NCBI GenBank assembly: GCA_030265395.1 | Contig: JARFYF010000056.1 | Span: 14,302,012-14,366,011 of the forward strand | Source of the DNA: Rhina ancylostomus | Taxonomy: Eukaryota | Length of the DNA stretch: 64,000 bases | Direction: 5' to 3' | Shown: positions 56,723-64,000 of the stretch, piece by piece | Layout: the number at the start of each line of letters is the position of its first letter | Numbering within the stretch: position 1 is the first letter of the stretch | Program-made: the position numbers and the translations under genes | Notes under the pieces: generated by a model | Databases searched by the model: none | Told to the model about the DNA's origin: nothing | What the model saw: the letters and a program-made list of their open reading frames with translations, nothing else

Positions 56723-56901
56723 GACCCGGCCGCCGCCAACTTTACTCAAAAACGACCGTTCGAAGTCCTGCGGCGCCACCAGGCCGCGCCCGACCCCTCA
56801 CCGTCCCTCCACCCACAGCCTCCGAGACCAGTGCGACCTCTCACCTTTCACCCGCTCCCGGGGATCGCTTCGTCTTCACCTAGTGCGGAGACGCACATCA
56901 T

Positions 56902-56925
56902 GCAATGCATTGTGGTGATTGTAGT
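56902..56925 (-). promoter_or_regulatory. ZNF143(Staf)/THAP11-type motif
   Basis: Minus strand reads ACTACAATCACCACAATGCATTGC, close to the ACTACAnnTCCCAnAATGC consensus, 180 bp upstream of the ATG. Confidence 0.7.
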
Positions 56926-57116
56926 TCCCACCGGTTGCTGATGGTACTACAGGAAGCATTTAATGTCACAGTACGGAGGCAGGCTTGTTGGGCTTTTTAT
57001 TCCTGTGGAGGCCTTCCATTCAATTAGTTCCACTTTCCTGCGTCTTCCCTATATTCATGAGTTGTTCCCCTCAAATATTTGTTCAAATTTCTCCTAACTC
57101 CTCTCCAGCCAATTTA

Positions 57117-57403
57117 TAAGATATCTTTATTAGTCACATATACATGGAAACACACAGTGAAATGCATTTCTGCGCAGAGTGTTCTGAGGGCAACCTGCAA
57201 GTATCGCCACGCTTCCTGCACCAACATAGCACGCCCACATCTTCCTAACCCGTATGTCTTTGGAATGTGGAGGAAACCAGAGCACCCAGAGGAAATCCAC
57301 GCAGACACAAGGAGAACATACAAACACCTTACAGACAGCAGCCAGAATTGAACCTGGGTCGCTGGCGCAGTAATAGTGTTACACTAACCGCTACACTACA
57401 TGC
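57117..57403 (-). mobile_element. tRNA-derived V-SINE (HE1-like)
   Basis: Minus strand shows A box TAGTGTAGCGG, B box GGTTCAATTCT, the V-domain gttctccttgtgtctgcgtggatttcctctgggtgctctggtttcctccacattccaaagac, and an AATAAA tail. Confidence 0.85.
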
Positions 57404-57414
57404 TTATTAAAAGC

Positions 57415-57485
57415 GACACACAAGGTGCTGAAGGAACTCAGTGGGCAGCATCTATGGAGGGAATCTATGGACCTTTCATCTGGAT
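57415..57485 (-). mobile_element. Short PLE terminal fragment
   Basis: gaaggaactcagtgggcagcatctatggaggg...ccttcatctgg-like sequence, same family as 13955. Confidence 0.6.
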
Positions 57486-57918
57486 TGCCTATTATTTGCC
57501 TCTTTTTTTAAATCATCTTAAATCTGAATCCTCTGGGTGCTGATGTCGGAGGAAACGCTTTCTCCTTCCTCTATCAAAACAATTTAGAGTTCACAACACT
57601 GCAAAAACCCTAGATATGATACATGAATAGAATTTACAGTGAAGAAACAGAGTGGATTAATGGAGATGAACCGGAGTGGCAGGGTACAATGGATGGGTAG
57701 TTCAAAAGGAAATATGCTCCCACCACCATTTAAATGAGGCTCCTGTGTGTTCTTAGCAAATAGACTTGGTTATTATTGCCATCCGAGTGTTCTTTCTCCA
57801 TTTTGAGCAGTCATAAGCACAGTTACAAGTCAGGGGAGATATTATAGTTTGCAAGTCATTATATACTCATTCTGCAAATCCTTGCCCTCCAGTACACTTG
57901 TGAGACATGCACTCCATG

Positions 57919-57957
57919 TGTTACGGACTAGGTTACTATTAGTGAAGCTCCCTTTAA

Positions 57958-58012
<55 letters not shown>

Positions 58013-58187
58013 NNNNNNNNNNNNNNNNNNNNNNNNNNNNNNNNNNNNNNNNNNNNNNNNNNNNNNNNNNNNNNNNNNNNNNNNNNNNNNNNNNNNNNNN
58101 NNNNNNNNNNNNAAGTAGTTATTAATAAAGTAGTTTTTAACATTTATACATGTCTCAGTGTGTTTCTGTTGTTGCTGGTACGTAACA
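57919..58187 (+). mobile_element. LTR family A element (solo LTR or collapsed full element) with 4-bp TSD
   Basis: CATG|TGTTACG...CGTAACA|CATG; AATAAA at 58124-58129; (TG)n at 57962-58012 followed by a gap. Confidence 0.85.
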
Positions 58188-58433
58188 CATGCAACTAGTA
58201 CCTCGAAGTCCCTAACATCAGAAAATTAAGGGTCTTCTTCCAATCTGACCTCACTCTATAACACTGCTCCCAATGCCATTCAATAATGGCCCAGGACAAG
58301 ACCCCGGTAAACACAGCCATACCTCAGGAGCAACATCTCACCTTAGTGATGAAATTCACCATCGTGTTCAGTGCACCAGCATAGCCTTTGTGTATCTGAG
58401 GAAACAAGGATTTGAAGATCTAGTCTTCAGACC

Positions 58434-59470
58434 ATTTTTATTTCAAAAATAAACTTTATTCATAAAAACAAAAACTGTGCATGGCTTTCTTTACATTCCC
58501 AATATCATCTGGTCAAAACATTCATACTGTTATCAGGTTGTAGTGGCCTCCTTGGACAATACACACTTTGTGCTTGAGATACTTTTATACAGGACCCAGC
58601 CCATAGACTGGTGGTGGCAGGACCTTACACTGCAGTCCTTCCCAACAAAGCCTTTGTGTTGGCAGCATCAAGCTTCAGTGCATCCCTTAACACTTACTCC
58701 TGCAGCCTACAATGTGTCAGGTGGCAGCATTCCCTTACGGATATCTCATTGTACTGGAAGACCAATGTTTCGAGCAGACCAAAGTGAGTTTTTCACCAAG
58801 ACGATAATCTTCCAGTCATTTCATATTTGTACCTGTTTGCATCCCTGGGAATAGCCAATACATCAGAGAGTCCTCTGTTAACCAACTGCTCAGGACGAAC
58901 CTTGCCAAGGACCTTTGCATCCCCTTCCAGACCTTCTTTGCAAATTCACAAACACAAAGTGGTGACCGTTTATCTCATGCTCATTGCAGCCATCATGAGG
59001 GAGTATGAGTTGTGGTTGAGATGTTGACTGTACATGAAGGATCAGATAGGGAGGGCCCCTCTCACTGCCAGCCAAGCAAGGTCTTGGTGCTTGTTGGTGA
59101 ATTCTGCCAATGAGGTGTTATGCCAAATGGTGTGAACAATCTGCTTGGGAAACCATCCCACAGAATCCATCGTGTCATTCTCCCATAGAGCCTGCAGGAT
59201 ATTCTGTGCTGACCACTGCCTGATGGACTTGTGGTCAAAGGTATTTTCTTAAAAGAACTTTTCCATGAATGATAGGTAGTGAGGCAACATCTAACTAAAT
59301 TGAACATTGCATGGCAAAGAGGCCAGGCCTATCCCTTGCAACACTGGGGACAGGTAGAACCTCAGCAAGTAGTGACACTTGGTGCTTGTGTACTTCAGTC
59401 TATGCACAGCTTGATGCAGCCACACACAAAGGTGGTCATCAGGACGAGGGCAACATAGACTTCAGAAATG
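58434..59470 (-). mobile_element. Tx1/L1-clade LINE 3' fragment
   Basis: A-rich tail with AATAAA at the left end. Minus-strand remnant SLAEFTNKHQDLAW (about 59071-59113) resembles the Tx1 post-RT region. The 5' boundary is approximate. Confidence 0.65.
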
Positions 59471-59528
59471 ACATAAACCTCATATTGCTCAGCAACAGTA
59501 GCCCTTGGCTTCTGTACACTACAGAAAC

Positions 59529-59652
59529 TGTTACAATGTTGAGCAAAGAGCAAGCTCACAGAGAACCCAAATGTGGCACACTGGTGCAAGACTGGAGTCA
59601 GGATACTTCCTCAGGACCAAACACAGGCAGCAACTGGAAGGAATCTTGCCTC
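59529..59652 (-). mobile_element. LTR family B, other end hidden in a gap
   Basis: TGTTACAATGTTGAGC...ctcacagagaacccaaatg...aagactggagtcaggatac matches 62742-62818. Confidence 0.7.
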
Positions 59653-59752
59653 NNNNNNNNNNNNNNNNNNNNNNNNNNNNNNNNNNNNNNNNNNNNNNNN
59701 NNNNNNNNNNNNNNNNNNNNNNNNNNNNNNNNNNNNNNNNNNNNNNNNNNNN

Positions 59753-60000
59753 TCAGTGGCACCTCAAAATACTAGCGATGTAGTATCAATGGTGCGTCCA
59801 AAAAATCCTCTGACTCAATTGGTAGGATAAGCAAACCAATGCCAGCATCTTCTCCCAGGCCAATATCCCCAGCATTGAGGCCCTAATTGCACTTCTTCAG
59901 TTCCAATGGGCAGGGCACGTCACCTGTATTTCTAACAGACTTCCAAAATAGACTATTTCAAGCTACGTTGTTGCAAAAGGTTATCAGGTGGACAGACTTA
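59753..60000 (+). mobile_element. RTE remnant (distal piece of a nested host element)
   Basis: Appears to continue the RTE pieces at 58200-58430 and 59472-59528. Confidence 0.55.
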
Positions 60001-61175
60001 CAATAGAGAATTAAAATCTTCAGAGTTCATGAAAGGAAAATGTGTATGCTTCTCATCTGCATGAATTTTAAAAACACTGAGAATGGCATTGCACAACTGC
60101 AGTTTTAGGTTATTGGAAGCTGGGTTCAAGATATCTCCTGATGCAGGTGTCTTCCAGGCCAGCAGGGAGCAGTCTTTACTCAGGCTACCAGCACCCACAC
60201 AAACAGTTTATTTTGTTTTACTTTCTGAGCATCATTTGAACAAGGAAGCATGATCAGTATCAAATGCAAAAATAACACCGCTGAAGTGGACAGTGAGCAG
60301 GAACTTGAAGCAAAGAATGTGAAAGGAATGGGGGAAAAAAGTACTCCATAAAGCATTACATGGTATTGGTCCTCTGTCTACTATAATACACTACAGCTTC
60401 TCCCCAACCTTGGAACATCCTCCACTAGAAAACAGAAAGGCAGTATGTGCATGGAGACATAATCCTATTCGAGTTCCCCTCCACTTTACACTTCATCGCA
60501 GCCTGGAGACATTCCTTCACTCTTCCGTAGTTACTTGGTCAAAATCCTGGAAGCCCAACGAACAGCAATGTGGGAGGATCCTCACCACATGGACTGTAAC
60601 AGTTCAAAAGAAGGTTCACTGCCACTTTCTCAAGGGAAATAAAAGCTCGCAATGTCAGTGCAGCTCACCTGCTGAGAATGGACTAAACAAACTTAGGACT
60701 TGTTTTGTAATTCATGTGATTCATCAAAATTCTCCTAGCAGAAAATGAAATAAAATGGTGCCCATCCTTTTCACTCTGTGGAAGCATGGAGCTGAGTTGG
60801 GATCCCTTTCAGGAGCAGGCAGTGTTGGTTATTCTGTGTGCAGAAGGAATATTGATACTGGGCACAGATAGAGCAACATGAGCAATGCATTTTGTGTGAT
60901 CCAGTTACAGTAATCTGATTACTATGGTACTGGAGTACATCACAAATTCAAATCTGAACTTGTGCCTCTAGGATCAGGCATTCAATCTAGGGGTGAGTGT
61001 ATGATGTAGGTTGGCATTGCTGTGTAGTACTGATACACAGCTGACATTTGATTAAAGCACTAAACCAAATTATCCCTCAGCTCACTTAGGTGGGCATAAA
61101 CGATCCAAAGATACTCTTACGAGGAACAGCAAGGGAATCTTCCTTGATGTCTTGAACAATGCTTAGCACCAAGGG

Positions 61176-61310
61176 GTTTCCTGATGTAGGGTTTCAACCC
61201 AAAGTGTCAATGATTCCTTTCCCCCCACAGATGCTGCTTGACTTGCTGAGTTCCTCCAGCAGATTGTTTGTTGCCCCAGATTCCAGCATCTGCAGTCTCT
61301 CGTGTCTCCA
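61176..61310 (+). mobile_element. PLE terminal repeat
   Basis: cctgatgtagggtttcaacccaaagtgtc...cagatgctgcttgacttgctgagttcctccagc...ccagcatctgcagtctc. Confidence 0.7.
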
Positions 61311-62084
61311 TGTTTTGTCTGGTCATTGTCTCATTGCAACTTGTGGGTCATTTCAGTGTGCACAAGGAAAGTAGTGATACAATTGAGACCATACCAAAAA
61401 TAGGCTTAATTTGTTCAAGGATGCTCTCATATCTTGAAAGGTGATGTGAGGATACAAGCCTTTTTTTATCTTCTTGATCATTTATGAGTTGAAACCAAAA
61501 AAATACATACAATATCATGAAAGTTGCTGGACTTGTAAGATCCCAAGTTCATTAATGTTTTTCAACGAATGGACCCNNNNNNNNNNCAGTAAGTATTGTC
61601 TCTTGCTGTTAGCGACTAGATAGAAAACATATCGGGGTGATTCATGTACATTGGTGACAAGGTGATGAAGTAACCTGCCAAATCATTTAGTTGTACATAA
61701 AATTGCTTAAGAAAAACCTTAAAGAGGAAAGCGAGACAAAGATGGAGATGATAGGCAGGAATAAAGATTTAACTATTGAGAAAAGGTTTGAGGGTGAGAC
61801 AATAACAACAATGTTGTGTTAAGAAATAATGGATCTACCAACAATTGAACTGACCTAGGACGAGTTCACTCAAGGAGACTGAAGTTCTATCCATATTACT
61901 GAGATGCTTCAAGAAAATAATGATACTTAGACAAGTGGCTCAGTACCTAAAAACCTCACAAGACAGGGCACAGTCTTTTAATCGTATTTAAAGAGGTGCA
62001 AGAATCTGCCTCAATCACTCTTTCCAAAGTTCACCTCTCGCTACACAAGGCGCCCCTCCAATCCCAACATCATCATCTCCATCA

Positions 62085-62256
62085 GCAAAGAAACAAAGTG
62101 TTGGAGGAACTCAGCAGGTCAGGCAACAAATGTGGAGGTAACTGGACAGTCGATATTTTGGGTCAAGATGCTTCACCAGCCCAGATGAAGGACCCGTTGA
62201 GTTCCTCCAGCATTTTGTTTTCTGTTCCTGATTCCAGCATCTGCAGTCCCTTGTGT
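62085..62256. mobile_element. Palindromic PLE-terminus mini-element
   Basis: Inverted arms ttggaggaactcagc ... gttgagttcctccag. Confidence 0.7.
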
Positions 62257-62741
62257 CATCATCATCACTATCTCAATTGTAAGAGGAAGAGAGAAAATCA
62301 GTTCTTTTTTTTATGGGATCTGGGGCCTTGCTGGTAAGGCCTATATTCATTCCATATCAAGTAGTTTGCTTGGTCCTGGATGACACTTTCTTTTCAGTGT
62401 ATTGGAGCTGCAGTTACTCAGGCAGGTGGAGAATACTCCAACACGCTTCTCGATTGTGGTGAAAATGTTTTGGAGAGTCTAATAGTGAGTCACTTGCCAC
62501 AAGATACCCAGTCTCTGACTTACTGCTGTAACTCCAGGATTTATGTGACCATTATGAACTATATCAAAGAACAAAAGATTCATACAGCACAGGTGGCCAC
62601 TTGGCTTGTTGCTCACAGCTCTCTGAACAAGCTATACAATTGCCCCACTCCCTCTTGCTCTTCCCCACAACCCTCGATTATTTTATTTATAATAGTTGCG
62701 ATGAGTCTACTGACTGTTAGAATGGGGCTCATTGCTAATGA

Positions 62742-62991
62742 TGTCACAATGTTGATCTGGAGCAAACTCACAGAGAACCCAAATGCAGCACACCAATACA
62801 AGACTGGAGTCAGGATACNNNNNNNNNNNNNNNNNNNNNNNNNNNNNNNNNNNNNNNNNNNNNNNNNNNNNNNNNNNNNNNNNNNNNNNNNNNNNNNNNN
62901 NNNNNNNNNNNNNNNNNNGCATGGAATCCATGTGCTGGACAACAAGGCATTAATGGAGCCAAATTGAGGACCAGAACTCAGAACCATGACA
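62742..62991 (-). mobile_element. LTR family B element with 5-bp TSD
   Basis: AATGA|TGTCA...TGACA|AATGA; spans a 100-N gap; inserted in a LINE remnant. Confidence 0.8.
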
Positions 62992-63774
62992 AATGATTTC
63001 AAAACGTTCTTTTTGTATCTCATCCTGAAATGAAGTGGCTCATGCTTGCAAGCAGCAAAACCTGGACAACATTAAGGCTTGAGATGTGAACTTCCAAGTA
63101 ACATCTATGTTACATAATTGACAGAAAATGACAATGGACAAGAGAAATTTAACCACCTATCTCTGATTTGAATAAGTATCACCATGTTGACCAACATCAA
63201 CATCCAAGGGGAGTTTCTATTGACCAGAAACTTATGGAGATTTCCAAAAATTCAAGTATTGAGGGAGATGCATTTTTTGAAGAGAAAAGGACAAATGTAT
63301 TGTTAGTTTTTTTCCCCATGAATTAGGCAATATTTTCTATAGTTATTATGAATAATAAAAAAATTATTACTGAACTATGATTACTAACAAAGTGCTGATT
63401 TCCTCTTTTTTGTTAGTGAATTTATTGGTTGTCCTGGGGAGGCCAATGGTTCTCTCATTACAGAATTAATTTATCTGGTGGGGGAGTGCATTTCCATGGA
63501 AACAATGGAATCAAATTTCTGCTGGAAATTTGATCCTGCTTTAATTTTTGTGGAAGATTTGTGGTGACACCATAGTGAGCCCATTTAGAGCAGCTCCCAT
63601 CCCCTAGAGTTCCAACTGTAGCTGCATCATCAGAGAACTATAGGTCTATACGACACCTTACATGGAAAAGTGCCATCTGACATCACCCCTTGTTCTAACA
63701 GGCCTTCCTCTAATTTTGGGATTATGTTCCCTCCATTCTTCACTCCTACACCAATTTAGGGCAGGAACAGAGAA

Positions 63775-63900
63775 TGCTGTAAAGAGAGAAACAGGCTTAA
63801 CCTTTCAAGTCAATGACCTTCCTCAAAACTGAAAAGGAAACTGTTTCTTCAGATCAGGCTCATCAAGCCCTTTTATTATATTAAAAACCTGGAGCAAATC
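63775..63900 (-). mobile_element. Chimeric CR1-like/PLE-terminus repeat, copy 2
   Basis: Reverse complement gatttgctccaggtttttaatataataaaaggggcttgatgagcctgatctgaagaaacagtttccttttcagttttgagga aligns with 43541-43640. Confidence 0.6.
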
Positions 63901-64000
63901 AGACCTCCTCCCCTGGGGCCAGGGGAAGGTGTCCAACTTTGGTCGTCAGCACCAAAACTGTAGGAGTGTGGGCTTCCAGTTGTGTACTTTTAGCTCCATT

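Larger units (their letters stand above)
56320..56940 (-). promoter_or_regulatory. CpG island / UBAC1 promoter and 5' UTR
   Basis: The only GC- and CpG-rich segment in an otherwise CpG-depleted window; it spans exon 1. Confidence 0.85.

Noticed and set aside
56290-56941. Plus-strand ORFs over the CpG island (105-179 aa)
   Set aside because: Antisense shadow of exon 1 in stop-poor GC-rich DNA and partly gap-derived; no recognisable protein.
57340-57403. tRNA gene (A and B boxes)
   Set aside because: This is the tRNA-derived head of a V-SINE; there is no cloverleaf and it continues into the SINE body.
538-57919. LTR-A copies as the two ends of one large element
   Set aside because: They are in opposite orientation and 57 kb apart, and the right copy has its own TSD.
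62380-63023. 195-aa and 136-aa ORFs
   Set aside because: They span LINE and LTR fragments plus an N gap; chance read-through.
1-64000. CRISPR arrays, operons or prokaryote-type systems
   Set aside because: The window is spliceosomal vertebrate DNA with no regularly spaced repeat-spacer array.

Overview
AT-rich vertebrate genomic DNA from a gapped assembly (many 100-N placeholder gaps). The repeat content suggests a cartilaginous fish (shark/ray); that is an inference. One protein-coding gene is supported: UBAC1 (KPC2) on the minus strand, with 10 coding exons from ATG 56722 to TAG 35250. All its introns are GT-AG with consistent phases, giving a 1209-nt CDS and a 402-aa UBL-UBA-UBA-STI1 protein. 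Its promoter is CpG-rich and carries a ZNF143/THAP11-type motif. The rest is intron or intergenic DNA filled with decayed retroelements: CR1, Rex/Babar, RTE, Tx1/L1, Penelope-like elements (PLEs), two LTR families, a tRNA-derived V-SINE and a TA-flanked MITE. The most notable signals are about eight decayed minimal hammerhead-ribozyme motifs in PLE termini, a CR1-PLE chimeric junction present twice, palindromic PLE-terminus mini-elements, and a nested transposon stack 1-3 kb upstream of UBAC1. I found no evidence for a wholly new biological system. Almost all short ORFs in the supplied track are noise or N-gap artefacts. Repeat family names come from motif recognition, not database searches, and repeat boundaries are approximate unless termini or target-site duplications (TSDs) are quoted.
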